From: a virus
Direction: 5' to 3' (one strand)
Length of the DNA: 64,000 bases
IMG/VR virus record: IMGVR_UViG_3300025121_000011
Coordinates: 261,474-325,473 of that record
Part shown: in pieces, positions 36,725 to 46,725 of the stretch
How positions within the stretch are numbered: position 1 is the first letter of the stretch
Layout of the letters: every line of letters begins with the position of its first letter
Notes under the pieces: generated by a model
What the model was told of the DNA's origin: nothing
Database searches by the model: none
Seen by the model: the letters and a program-made list of their open reading frames with translations, nothing else
Program-made: the position numbers and the translations under genes

Positions 36725-37813
36725 ATGCGATTTATTCATTTTCCAAAAATTGGTCAATTCAAGGATGCTATTCATTCGATTCGTCAACGAGGCGCTTATG
36801 TAGGTAGAGATGTTAATGGCGATATTATTTATGATAGTTCTATTTTGATGCCAAAAATTACATTCATTGGTTCTGTTAAAATGCATGGTACTAATTCTGC
36901 TGTATCTTTTCATCGTATGGAAGGAGTGAGGCAGGCTCAATCTAGGAATAAGATTTTATCTATAGAATCAGATAACAATGGATTTTGTAGATTTACAGAG
37001 TCTATTCCCGAAGATGTTTGGGATTTTCTTTTTAATTCTCTATTATCTCCACTAATTACTGAGCCATATCTTTTTGGACGAGTAACGGTTTTTGGAGAAT
37101 GGATTGGTCCCGGTGTTCAGGGTGGTGAAATTGGTATTAAATATCTTCCGAATAAAATCTTTGTAGTGTTCGGAGTATATGTTGGGGAGCGTGATGAATT
37201 AGAAGATAAAACTCCCACCGGATACTTTGTTCCTCTTTGTGATATTCCATCTTTCAATGATGAATCTTATCATCTGAATGATAATAGAATTTATTTAATT
37301 ACTGATTTAGCTCCAACTTTCAAAATAGAAGTCGATTGTAATTATCCAGAAATTTCTAGGAATAAGTTGGTCGAATTAACTATGCAAGTTGAAGCTAAGT
37401 GCCCAGTCGCCAATTACTTTGGAATTGAAGGAACGGGAGAGGGCATCGTATGGTGCTCAATTACGGAAGGGTGGATGGGTCCAGATTTTTGGTTTAAGAC
37501 CAAGGGAGAAAAGCATTCCGCTTCAAAGATAAAAAAGATAGCCGAAGTAGATGTAACAAAGGTAGAGGGAGTAATTGCGTTTTTAGAAGAGACTCTAACT
37601 GAAGTTAGATTGAATCAAGCTTTGGAATACTTAAAAGAAAAAGAGATGCCTATCGATCGAAGTAGCACAGGCGAGTTTGTTCGGTGGATGATCAATGACG
37701 TTACTACTGAAGAGGCTATAATGATGGAAGCCTCAGGACTTACAGTAAAAGAAGTTGGTCCCAAATTAGGCACAGCCGCCAGGCAGTGGTTTTTTAATCA
37801 ACTTAATAAGTAG
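36725..37813 (+). CDS. ATP-dependent RNA ligase, Rnl2-like
   Basis: motif I KMHGTN (T4 Rnl2 KIHGTN), motif IV GEGIVW, motif V FWFKTKG. Confidence 0.7.
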   Translation: MRFIHFPKIGQFKDAIHSIRQRGAYVGRDVNGDIIYDSSILMPKITFIGSVKMHGTNSAVSFHRMEGVRQAQSRNKILSIESDNNGFCRFTESIPEDVWDFLFNSLLSPLITEPYLFGRVTVFGEWIGPGVQGGEIGIKYLPNKIFVVFGVYVGERDELEDKTPTGYFVPLCDIPSFNDESYHLNDNRIYLITDLAPTFKIEVDCNYPEISRNKLVELTMQVEAKCPVANYFGIEGTGEGIVWCSITEGWMGPDFWFKTKGEKHSASKIKKIAEVDVTKVEGVIAFLEETLTEVRLNQALEYLKEKEMPIDRSSTGEFVRWMINDVTTEEAIMMEASGLTVKEVGPKLGTAARQWFFNQLNK

Positions 37814-37816
37814 GAG

Positions 37817-38062
37817 ATGTCCATGTCTTTTACATTTGTTAATGTACTTTTCATTCTCTTTATTTATATGATAGTTTTTGGTTATCCACTTCGTGGTATA
37901 ATTTTATTATTTTTATGGATAATAGATTGTTTTCCAGAAACAAAACATGATCGTTTGTTAATAATTTCTTCATGTATACTTCCAGTATTTGGAGAGTGTG
38001 TGGTTCTTTGGTTCTTAATTAAGCAAATGATTAAGTGGATAAAGGAGGGAAAAGGTGATTAA
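37817..38062 (+). CDS. small membrane protein
   Basis: two hydrophobic helices; SD TAGGAG. Confidence 0.4.
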   Translation: MSMSFTFVNVLFILFIYMIVFGYPLRGIILLFLWIIDCFPETKHDRLLIISSCILPVFGECVVLWFLIKQMIKWIKEGKGD

Positions 38063-38381
38063 AATTAACGGTAAAACATTTTTTACAACTAATATTTCAA
38101 ATGTTTCTATTCGTAATAATGAAATATATATCGACGGAAAGTTGGTAGGCGATAGTAAAGATGCAGAACAGGGTATTCTTACTGTCAAGATTGAGGGTAA
38201 TTTGGTTAGCTTAATTTGTGATGCAACAGTAGAAGTAACAGGCAATGTAAATGGTAGCATTAGCGCTGGTAACTCTGTTTACTGTGGTAATGTTAATGGA
38301 AATGTTAATTGTGGAAATTCTGCTCATTGTAATAATATTGAAGGCAATGTAACTGCTGGAAATTCGGTTCATAAATTATAA
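38055..38381 (+). CDS. protein with Gly-Asn repeat motifs (GNVNGS / GNSVxCGN repeats)
   Basis: GTG start with SD AAAGGAGGG; terminator 38499-38522 downstream. Confidence 0.45.
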   Translation: MIKINGKTFFTTNISNVSIRNNEIYIDGKLVGDSKDAEQGILTVKIEGNLVSLICDATVEVTGNVNGSISAGNSVYCGNVNGNVNCGNSAHCNNIEGNVTAGNSVHKL

Positions 38382-38498
38382 AGAATTGATTCTTGTAATA
38401 AAATTTATGTAGTCGAAAAGATTATTATCTTAGAAAAAAAAGTATCAAGATAATGTATCGATATAAAGCCACGGGATTGCTTTGATTTAGCGTAAGGA

Positions 38499-38522
38499 TG
38501 GCGGACTCAGGTCCGCTATTTG
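38499..38522 (+). terminator. rho-independent terminator
   Basis: GGCGGACTCAGGTCCGCT plus ATTTGG. Confidence 0.45.
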
Positions 38523-38547
38523 GCGCATTGGTTGTCATGGATTAATA

Positions 38548-38578
38548 GAGGTGATAATTGTATAATAAAAGTTTTATT
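38548..38578 (+). promoter_or_regulatory. sigma70-like promoter with extended -10 (TGTATAAT)
   Basis: TTGTATAAT about 100 nt upstream of the Hen1-like gene. Confidence 0.35.
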
Positions 38579-38676
38579 GATCTTAGTAAAGATAAGTCAA
38601 TGAATTGTAGCTAAGGTTTTATTATTTTGATTCGAAAATCGATTGTTCAATACTCAGGATAGAAAGGGAAATAATA

Positions 38677-40038
38677 ATGATTATACGATTTACATCGACC
38701 AATCCAAACGCACTTGATATTCTTAAAAAGAATCCAGAAAGTTTTTCAGGTATTCAATTGAGAAGTCATAAAAATGGTGTGGCTATAGGTAGGATTATTT
38801 CCGCAAAGATTCCTATTGAATATCATATGATCTTTCAAGATACTAAATATAGTTACTCTCAGGATTCCTCTAATCAGATTGATTTTCAAAGTTATTGCAA
38901 TCCTCGTGCAGCACTTGGTTTAATTGGAGAGTTACTCCGGCACGTATTAGTATCAGATCAAGATTGGCGGGATACAGATATTCCATGGCTTAACTCTACA
39001 ATTGGAGAAGTTGATACAAGAGACTTTAACCACACTATTATAGTAGATAATTTATATGCAGATGGTTTTAACTTAGATGGAGGGCTGGTTTTAGAAAAGT
39101 ATTTTAAGGAGATTTCTCTAAAAAGAAATGGTCAGAATCAGTTTGAGCTAAAGATAGATGTCTGTCGAGATACAATACATTATACCATTAATTTATTGGC
39201 TTTTGTATGTATGTATTTGGCGGCAACTAATAAACAGCCTTGGTATCTTAACCGAGATATAGCATCAAAATACATTAGAGTTTTAGAAAATATTGGTGAC
39301 GTGCCATATTTTATTTTATATCTTTTTGCCCGTTCCTGTCTTCCATCGGAAGAATTATTTAATGAATTCGCTCCTCGATTGGAGAATATTTTTTACAGCT
39401 ATGATGATCGAGCAAATGATCTAACTATGGTATATGGAAATACTCAATCAATGAGATTGCGAAGTATTTCTGATTTGCTTTTAACTAATGATAAAATTTT
39501 TTCTAACATTATAGAAATTGGTTGTGGCGATGGAGATTATCCTCGCCGATTAGCAAAGAAGTTGAATAATGGATTAAGTTGGTGGTCATATGATATTGAA
39601 GATCATAGTTATCTTAATCGTAAAATTCCAGAAATGATGGGAAAATTAGCAACATTTAAATTTACTCAAGAGTGGGATCAAATTCCTTTATTGGATAACC
39701 CTATAGTATTGTTAGTAGAAGTAATTGAGCATATGTCGGTTGAAGAAGCGATAGAATTAATCTGTCGAATTTTAGATAAGCACTCTCCGACACAATTAAT
39801 TATTACTACTCCAAATAGGACATTTAATAATTATTATCGGTTTGATCCCGAAGATGATGGATTTAGACACAGCGATCACAATTTTGAAATGACTCAGGAG
39901 CAATTTAAAGAATATATTCTTAGTATCATTAAATTGCTCCCATATGATGCATCCTTTTTCGGAATTGGTGATCGAATTGATGCAGATTATACTACTCAAG
40001 GAGTGGTATTAACTCGTAAAGATCCTGGGTCAAGCTAA
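38677..40038 (+). CDS. hen1: Hen1-like RNA 3'-terminal 2'-O-methyltransferase (bacterial Hen1 architecture)
   Basis: 453 aa; C-terminal SAM motif I IEIGCGDG, metal-binding EVIEH (ExxEH) and H 46-49 aa downstream as in Hen1 methyltransferases; N-terminal ~270 aa non-MTase domain; extended -10 promoter upstream. Confidence 0.6.
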   Translation: MIIRFTSTNPNALDILKKNPESFSGIQLRSHKNGVAIGRIISAKIPIEYHMIFQDTKYSYSQDSSNQIDFQSYCNPRAALGLIGELLRHVLVSDQDWRDTDIPWLNSTIGEVDTRDFNHTIIVDNLYADGFNLDGGLVLEKYFKEISLKRNGQNQFELKIDVCRDTIHYTINLLAFVCMYLAATNKQPWYLNRDIASKYIRVLENIGDVPYFILYLFARSCLPSEELFNEFAPRLENIFYSYDDRANDLTMVYGNTQSMRLRSISDLLLTNDKIFSNIIEIGCGDGDYPRRLAKKLNNGLSWWSYDIEDHSYLNRKIPEMMGKLATFKFTQEWDQIPLLDNPIVLLVEVIEHMSVEEAIELICRILDKHSPTQLIITTPNRTFNNYYRFDPEDDGFRHSDHNFEMTQEQFKEYILSIIKLLPYDASFFGIGDRIDADYTTQGVVLTRKDPGSS

Positions 40039-40496
40039 TGTGGGGCATTAGTCGTAAAGATTCTAGCCCATGTAATGTAGTACCACCACTTTTTATTAAA
40101 TATTTAGATTATTTAGTGAGAGATGGACAATTATATTATATGAAGAGAAATTCTATAAGTCCATCTGTAATGATTCCAGATTCAGCTTACAGTTGGGGCT
40201 GGGATAATGCCGGGAATTATGGATTTGTTTGGCGCGGACCTAATGCCTATGAAGGGAATTTGCCATCCGATTTAGCTGGAATATTTCCACTGTGGGATAT
40301 AATTTGGTCTTTTGCTTATCGTTATGAAAGACATCTTGTAGCAGAACAGAATTGGAATGCAACTCAAAGAGAATACTTTTATATCCTTCCTGATAGATTT
40401 TTGGAATTAGAAGAAATAAGAGAGTTATGCGAACAAAATCTTTGGGTTGAGGCCGCTTCTTTATATGAGGTTAAGAAAAAAATATGGTGCGATTAA
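40038..40496 (+). CDS. hypothetical protein
   Basis: coupled to the Hen1-like gene (stop/start overlap). Confidence 0.5.
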   Translation: MWGISRKDSSPCNVVPPLFIKYLDYLVRDGQLYYMKRNSISPSVMIPDSAYSWGWDNAGNYGFVWRGPNAYEGNLPSDLAGIFPLWDIIWSFAYRYERHLVAEQNWNATQREYFYILPDRFLELEEIRELCEQNLWVEAASLYEVKKKIWCD

Positions 40497-40684
40497 CTTT
40501 GAAATTTCCAAATATTACTGCTGATATTTTAGAGGAAAAGTTAAAGGATGCTGTTGAAAAATTTACATTATCCGCAGAGTATTCTGATGGCGAAGTAATC
40601 ATTATTGGATCAAAAGAGGCAATTCATATAATTCAAAAGGCATATAAAATACAACAGATGCTTTCATCTATGACAGTCAATTAG
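40484..40684 (+). CDS. hypothetical small protein
   Basis: 66-aa ORF in the operon. Confidence 0.35.
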   Translation: MVRLTLKFPNITADILEEKLKDAVEKFTLSAEYSDGEVIIIGSKEAIHIIQKAYKIQQMLSSMTVN

Positions 40685-40694
40685 TGAGGCTTGC

Positions 40695-41105
40695 ATGTCT
40701 GATTATGAGTTTGAATCAAATAGTTTGTTAAATGCTCTTCAACACATTGATTGGGATAAGTTAGTTCTTAATAAAAATTCAGGTATGGCACGTTTGCTTA
40801 CTGGAAGAGATGATTCTATTCCACTTAATAAAATACAAGTGAAGATTGTGTATTCAGATTATAATCCGGTTGGATGGGCTTGGGTTTTTCCATATATTGA
40901 TTATGATGGCCGTCGGCGCCTCGGATTTATGATTTTTATTCAAAGAGAATATCGTCGCAAAGGCTTGGGATCTAAATTGTTAGATTGGGGTCGAAACATT
41001 GCACGTCAAAAGCACATTAAATTTATTGTATATCCATGGGATAAAAAAGGACATTTGTTTTTTGAATCAGCCGGAATAACAAGTAGAAACAAAGGGGACT
41101 GGTAA
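40695..41105 (+). CDS. GNAT-family N-acetyltransferase
   Basis: QREYRRKGLGSKLLDW matches the GNAT motif A (Q/RxxGxG/A). Confidence 0.55.
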   Translation: MSDYEFESNSLLNALQHIDWDKLVLNKNSGMARLLTGRDDSIPLNKIQVKIVYSDYNPVGWAWVFPYIDYDGRRRLGFMIFIQREYRRKGLGSKLLDWGRNIARQKHIKFIVYPWDKKGHLFFESAGITSRNKGDW

Positions 41106-42331
41106 TGGGTAAACGATATTTAACTGAAAAAGAAGAGGGGCGTATTCGTCGAGCTATTAAGCAGAAGATTCAGTTTTTTTCGCCTACTATCTCTCCAGCT
41201 CCAAAAGATATGACTCGTAGAGAGATTGAAAGCATTCGTTCTGCAATCATGATTTATCATGAAGCTGGTATGAAAGGTGTTGTTATTCAACCAAAGTATA
41301 TGGGTTCTTATTGTGATATTTATTTGCATCGAGATCTTGATAAGACTAAATTTTATTCTCGTCGTGGTTATGAAGTTAGACTTGATTTTGAAATCTTGAT
41401 TCAAGCAGTTAAATATTTGCATAATAAGTTTTTTTCCGATGAGTGTGAAATTAATTTTAAAGATGCAGAATTAATCATTATTCAATCCGAGCTTATGCCT
41501 TGGCATGCTTTAGGTGGAGGATTAATTGAGCGAGATTTTGGAGGGTATGAAATCTCTCACCGTATTCACCAAAGGTATTTTGCATCTACTGGCATTAAAA
41601 AAGATGTAGAGTCTTTAACAGAAGATCCGATTTATCGTCAATTTTTAGAAGATAAGTGTGTTATGGATCGTAAGACACTTCTTAAAAAGTATCCAATGCA
41701 TATTGCTTCTCAATATGAAGCTTTAGAAGCTCTTGCTTTTCCAGATGTAGAACAGTATCTTCAAGATATTGAAGTTTATTCCGAACAGCTTTCTCTATAT
41801 GGTTCGGCAGGAGAATTGCATTTTAAACCTTTTAATATTTTAAAGATTGTATATTGTGATGGGCGGGAGGTAATTCCTGGTGATCATAAATTTGGATTTT
41901 TATCAGTGAGATTAAATCAAGAAGAAAATCCAATGTTTGAAATCGATTTCTCAACACCAGAATTGGATAAACAAATCGATTTAGCTTATAAATTCTTTAA
42001 TACATTAACTGATGATAAAAAGATGGAGGGAGTAATTATCAAGCCGATTGGGATATGGAATCCTGATGTTGCACCAATGTTTAAGGTTCGAAATAATAAT
42101 TACTTACAAATGATTTATGGTGTCAATTTTCAGCGTGAGTATGATTATTATCTTAATAAACGAAGCATTGGTGGAAAAGTAAGGGCTTCTAAAAACCAAT
42201 GGAATATTGCACAAGAAATTATTAAAATTCCTATGACGGAAATTAGTGATGACAATGTTAATTACACCAAATTAATTCGTGGTAGAATTTATGAAGAAGA
42301 TTATGAGAGGTTGTTAGATTCTAGATTATAA
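41105..42331 (+). CDS. nucleotidyltransferase-superfamily polynucleotide ligase-like protein (second RNA/DNA ligase)
   Basis: QPKYMGS (KxxG motif-I-like), EGVIIKP (motif IV), MFKVRN (motif V). Confidence 0.5.
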   Translation: MGKRYLTEKEEGRIRRAIKQKIQFFSPTISPAPKDMTRREIESIRSAIMIYHEAGMKGVVIQPKYMGSYCDIYLHRDLDKTKFYSRRGYEVRLDFEILIQAVKYLHNKFFSDECEINFKDAELIIIQSELMPWHALGGGLIERDFGGYEISHRIHQRYFASTGIKKDVESLTEDPIYRQFLEDKCVMDRKTLLKKYPMHIASQYEALEALAFPDVEQYLQDIEVYSEQLSLYGSAGELHFKPFNILKIVYCDGREVIPGDHKFGFLSVRLNQEENPMFEIDFSTPELDKQIDLAYKFFNTLTDDKKMEGVIIKPIGIWNPDVAPMFKVRNNNYLQMIYGVNFQREYDYYLNKRSIGGKVRASKNQWNIAQEIIKIPMTEISDDNVNYTKLIRGRIYEEDYERLLDSRL

Positions 42332-42347
42332 ACAAAAGGTGGTGTAG

Positions 42348-42842
42348 ATGTCTTCTGGTCATGATTCTCAATTGCAAGATGTATTAAGACTTTATGGTTA
42401 TAAATGTTTTTGGTGCAGAACTGATATAGTCAGGGTTTCTTCTTATAGAAAGATGTCTTCGCATGAAAAATCTAAATATAGGGTTGCTACGATAGATCAT
42501 CTTCTTCCGCAATCTTTTGCTGGCACCAATAATTTAAAAAATTTACGACCATCTTGTACTGATTGTAATGGGGCGCGAGGTAATGGTTGGCATAAAGATG
42601 AGGCAGAAGTTTTCCCAAGTTGTCCATTATTGCAAAAGTTAGAGAAGGAAAAGAAAAATCTCAATATTAAACTTAGTTTTCCGGATTCTACAAAGTGGCA
42701 TGCTAAGTGGGGTTCTCGTTTGAGATATACAATTCTTCCTTATGTATCGAAACAGGAGGGAGAAGATACGGAGATTAAACTGGATTTAATTTCCGAAGAA
42801 ATGAATCTGGAGATTCTTAATGAAGGCTCTGAATTGGATTAA
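42348..42842 (+). CDS. HNH endonuclease
   Basis: CFWC ... IDHLLPQSFAGTNNLKNLRPSCTDCN HNH motif. Confidence 0.6.
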   Translation: MSSGHDSQLQDVLRLYGYKCFWCRTDIVRVSSYRKMSSHEKSKYRVATIDHLLPQSFAGTNNLKNLRPSCTDCNGARGNGWHKDEAEVFPSCPLLQKLEKEKKNLNIKLSFPDSTKWHAKWGSRLRYTILPYVSKQEGEDTEIKLDLISEEMNLEILNEGSELD

Positions 42843-43062
42843 AGTTATTAAAGCAGAAGAAAATGATGATGAAACTTTTTATCAACTTCGTAAGTTAATT
42901 CGTGTTTCAGATATTCGTGATATAGATGAGTTAACTTATGAAAATGATGATGGAGAATCTGAGTTTTCTGGATGTTTAATTAATTTTTATGATGGAGACT
43001 CCATTAGAGTCTTTGATTCTTATGAGGAGCTTTACGAAAGTTTAGAAGGAGTTTTAAAATGA
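42820..43062 (+). CDS. hypothetical small acidic protein
   Basis: ORF overlapping the previous stop. Confidence 0.4.
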   Translation: MKALNWIKVIKAEENDDETFYQLRKLIRVSDIRDIDELTYENDDGESEFSGCLINFYDGDSIRVFDSYEELYESLEGVLK

Positions 43063-43598
43063 CGCCAATTTTAGTATTGCTTATTATGATGTTTATTCAA
43101 ATAGGATTTGGAATAATTTGGTCTATACTGAAATATAAAAAGAATACGAAAAATAGCGGTTCTCTTGAATCTGAAGTAGAATTTTTGGAAAAGAAGATTA
43201 ATGAACTTAATAAATATAATTCAAAGTTAGAAAAAAAAGTTACGTCTCAGTTAGATTCCTTGAATAAATTCGTAGAAGCTTCAAAAACTCAGACGGTTAA
43301 GTATGTAAACCCAAAAATTGAAGAACTTGAAGATAAACCCCATTTGTTTACTTATAGAGGAAGTATTGTAAAGAATTTAAAGATAATGGAAGAAGATTTA
43401 AAATCTTTATCAAATGGCGGGCGATGCAAGGTTGAGTTAACGGTTAAGGTGATTGGAGGATGGAAAGCTCACCTTATGAAGACTTGGACTTGTCCAAAGA
43501 CTGAGCACAGATATGATATATTATCAGAGCATATAAAAATATCTCCTTATAGAGGCACAGCAGATCAGATTATAAGTGAGATAAAAGGAGTCTGTTAG
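43059..43598 (+). CDS. hypothetical protein with N-terminal TM and coiled-coil
   Basis: ATGA overlap; hydrophobic N-terminus. Confidence 0.45.
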   Translation: MTPILVLLIMMFIQIGFGIIWSILKYKKNTKNSGSLESEVEFLEKKINELNKYNSKLEKKVTSQLDSLNKFVEASKTQTVKYVNPKIEELEDKPHLFTYRGSIVKNLKIMEEDLKSLSNGGRCKVELTVKVIGGWKAHLMKTWTCPKTEHRYDILSEHIKISPYRGTADQIISEIKGVC

Positions 43599-44204
43599 AT
43601 CCGTTTTGGGGTCTCGCTAAAGATGGTGAATATATTTTTGATTATCCAATCATATTTGAAGTCGGCGTATATCTTGATACTTCTAATAGGATTGCTCCTG
43701 AAGTACATGAGGTTCAAATTGCAATTCCAGTTGTCACAGTAGAAATTGTAGAGAAGCCAATTTTCATAGAGGTGGAACCAGAATCTACTCTTGATATGCA
43801 GGAGGTCAAAGATCTAATTGCCTCGCAATTAGAAGTTGAGCTATCTCTGTTAGATGCTTCTAAGAAGAAAAATTTAGCATCACATTCAGGCATTAGGACT
43901 ATTGGAGGCTGAAGTTGGTGTCAATATTGATGATACTTGTTGATTTAGCAGAGTTACGGACTAATGTTGACTTGTCATGCAGTTCTTATCGTATAAGACT
44001 TGGGTGTTCTAATGGCAATAGATGGGCGAAGTTGAGGCAAATTATCTCAACTTCGCCCAAAGGCGGCAAAAACTTGGCAGTGCAATTACTACTAAGTTTA
44101 GTTATTGTCTTATTAAAAAAAATGCCGTCGTAATACATGGGCATAAAGAACAAGATAACCAAAACCCTTAGCTGGAAGTATATTGACTTTACTCGGAGGA
44201 AATC

Positions 44205-44549
44205 ATGGGTGACCGTATTAAATTTGATTGGGTGACAGGAAAAACCTGTAATGTTTCAGAACTTGAACGAGATATCGATGAGTATCTTAGGGATAATGCT
44301 GGAGCGTCAAATATTGTTAAGCTAAGGACCGCCACAGAAGGTGGAAAGAATTTTACTACACCTCGAAAGACTATTGTAGAGGCGAAAGTTAGAATTCCAA
44401 TTTTTCAAGGTGTTCGTCGATTTAAAAAGCTTGAAATTAAAACTGACGAACAGATTGCGGAAGAAAAGAAACTTGCTGAAAATGAAGCGAGGTTAGTTGA
44501 GCGTCGTCGTCAACGTGCGGAAAGAGTTCTCATGGAGAAGGCTGGATAA
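44205..44549 (+). CDS. hypothetical protein
   Basis: SD GGAGGAAA. Confidence 0.45.
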   Translation: MGDRIKFDWVTGKTCNVSELERDIDEYLRDNAGASNIVKLRTATEGGKNFTTPRKTIVEAKVRIPIFQGVRRFKKLEIKTDEQIAEEKKLAENEARLVERRRQRAERVLMEKAG

Positions 44550-44610
44550 TCATAAATAATAGACCACTTTAATTAAAGTAGTAAATTTATAAAATTTTTC
44601 GGAGGAAACC

Positions 44611-44955
44611 ATGATTGACACTAATGAAGTTATTATTAAAACTGAGATTGGAACCTTTGCTCTTGTTCGGGATATGGAGCGATTTGAGCGATATTGGATT
44701 ACTCGTGATGGACGGTGTCCCGGTGCGCTAAAAAACGATAATATCGGGATGGTTGTTCCAGCTATATTTAGTATGGAACTTTATGCCATGGCTTTGGAAG
44801 AGGGATATTCTGTAGATTCTTTGTCTACACCTAAGCGTCCGATCAAGGAACATACTTCTAATCCGCGTGAGGCAAAGGCCCCGTCTGGTAAGCTGAAGAT
44901 TAAGATTTCTATGAAGCCTCGTATTGTAACTCGTGGTGAAGCCATTATTAATTAG
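44611..44955 (+). CDS. hypothetical protein
   Basis: SD GGAGGAAACC. Confidence 0.45.
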   Translation: MIDTNEVIIKTEIGTFALVRDMERFERYWITRDGRCPGALKNDNIGMVVPAIFSMELYAMALEEGYSVDSLSTPKRPIKEHTSNPREAKAPSGKLKIKISMKPRIVTRGEAIIN

Positions 44956-44993
44956 TTTAATGCATAGTGCTCAACCTATGATAAGAGGTTAAT

Positions 44994-45554
44994 ATGATTG
45001 ATGTTGAGGCTTTGTATTTAGAGATAAATGCTGCGCATTTTAAAAATAGTCTACCCGCGGATCTTCCAATCGAATGGAATTATAGTTTGCGCACAACAGC
45101 GGGAAGGTGTCATTATAGAGGCATAGGTTATAGAGTTTCCCCAACCAAGATTGATCTAAATCCACGATTGTTAGATTCTGATGAAAAAATTAGAAACACT
45201 TTAACTCATGAGATGGTGCATGCCTGGTTGATGCTTGATACCGGAGAGTATCATGGTCATGATGTATTTTTTCAACGGAAGATGGATGAAATTGTAGGAT
45301 ACAAGTGTTCACACACGTATCATCAGTATGATGTTTCTGATTTGCAGGAGGTGCGAGGTATTGAATATCATTGTCCGAAGCACGGAGTTGTTGGCCATAG
45401 AGCCAGAATGCCTCGTGCATATGATCTTAATCGCTATGTCTGCGATTACTGTGGTAGCAGAATTGAGTTTGTGGATACGCGACCTCCGACTTCTGCTGCT
45501 GCATCTCGTAAACAAAAGTCGGGAAAATTATCTATTAAGATACGACTTAAATGA
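44994..45554 (+). CDS. SprT-like zinc metalloprotease domain protein with C-terminal zinc ribbon
   Basis: TLTHEMVHAW (HExxH) SprT signature; CPKHG ... CDYCG. Confidence 0.6.
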   Translation: MIDVEALYLEINAAHFKNSLPADLPIEWNYSLRTTAGRCHYRGIGYRVSPTKIDLNPRLLDSDEKIRNTLTHEMVHAWLMLDTGEYHGHDVFFQRKMDEIVGYKCSHTYHQYDVSDLQEVRGIEYHCPKHGVVGHRARMPRAYDLNRYVCDYCGSRIEFVDTRPPTSAAASRKQKSGKLSIKIRLK

Positions 45555-45566
45555 GTCTAAATTAAA

Positions 45567-46271
45567 ATGATTTGGTATATTGGAGATGTTCATTGTCGAG
45601 TTAAAGATATTAAAAAAATCGCCAATGATGCAGAATCGTCTTGTAATCCTCCTGCTGTGTTAATTCAAGTTGGAGATTTCGGATGTTTTTGGCCAAATTA
45701 TACAAAAGAAATGGATGCCTGGATCCATGCCCGCGCGTTAACGCGGGAATGGTCTATTCCAATTATTACATGCGGAGGAAATCACGATAATTGGAATTTA
45801 TTTCTAAAGCTAGAATCAGAAAGTGATGCAGATTTACTAGAGATTATTCCAGATTCTGGAATTTTTTATGCTCGTCGTGGGTCTGTAATAGATATTGGCG
45901 GCATATCTCACGGATTTTTAGGTGGAGCATTTTCAACAAATCAGTCTTCTCTTATAGAAAACATAGATTGGTGGCGTCGTGAGGAACCAAATCGAGAAGA
46001 GTTCGACAGATTTTATCAAAATCTTTTAACATATCATCCAGATACAATCATTACGCATGAAGCTCCACGCTGTGTTTCTTATGATAGAATAGGAAGAAAT
46101 TCAAATACCACAGTTAGGATGTTGGATAATTTGTTTTGGATGGCAATGAAAGATGGATATCAACCGAAACGACATTACTACGGACATCATCATATATTAG
46201 AAAAAAGAAAAATAGCTGGAACAAAATTTTTCTGTTGTGGATACCACGGGGAATATTGGATTCGAGATTAG
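45567..46271 (+). CDS. calcineurin-like metallophosphoesterase
   Basis: GDVHC, GDFG and GGNHDNW metallophosphoesterase motifs. Confidence 0.65.
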   Translation: MIWYIGDVHCRVKDIKKIANDAESSCNPPAVLIQVGDFGCFWPNYTKEMDAWIHARALTREWSIPIITCGGNHDNWNLFLKLESESDADLLEIIPDSGIFYARRGSVIDIGGISHGFLGGAFSTNQSSLIENIDWWRREEPNREEFDRFYQNLLTYHPDTIITHEAPRCVSYDRIGRNSNTTVRMLDNLFWMAMKDGYQPKRHYYGHHHILEKRKIAGTKFFCCGYHGEYWIRD

Positions 46272-46292
46272 ATTTAAAAAGGAGGCAACTAA

Positions 46293-46475
46293 TGGGCGTG
46301 TGGTATCTATGCTGTTTGGCTATCATAAATATTTATCTAATAAAAATATGTTATGATGTAATCCCAAAAGCAAGAAACTTTGGTGAAAAGTTTCGGGCCT
46401 GGGTTGGGCTCGTGGCAAATATTTTTGCTTTAATTGTTTCTGTTATATTTTTAGTGACATACCTAACTATCTAGG
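46293..46475 (+). CDS. small membrane protein
   Basis: SD AAGGAGG then ATG 46293; 60 aa with two hydrophobic helices (track ORF 46136 is an over-extension). Confidence 0.4.
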
Positions 46476-46485
46476 AGGGTTTAAA

Positions 46486-46725
46486 ATGTTGGGGTATTTA
46501 ATTTTCTGGATTGTTTCTAGAATTATTATATTTATTCTAATTTCAAAAAAATTCTATATTTCAAGAAATACAGAGTTGCCATCTGTTGTATGCTTTCTGT
46601 CTATACCTATTGTTGGTGAAATGGTTGTAATTCTAGAAGTTTTATTTTTTACATATGACATCCTTATTCCACGTATTATGATGCGGGTTGGTGGTGTTTG
46701 TAACAATCTCACAAGGAAAAAATAA
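46486..46725 (+). CDS. small membrane protein
   Basis: SD GGAGGG; hydrophobic. Confidence 0.4.
   Translation: MLGYLIFWIVSRIIIFILISKKFYISRNTELPSVVCFLSIPIVGEMVVILEVLFFTYDILIPRIMMRVGGVCNNLTRKK

Noticed and set aside
43915-44133. ORF 43915-44133 as a gene
   Set aside because: It contains a degenerate promoter-module copy (GGCGGCAAAAACTTGGCAG), lacks an SD and has low-complexity composition.
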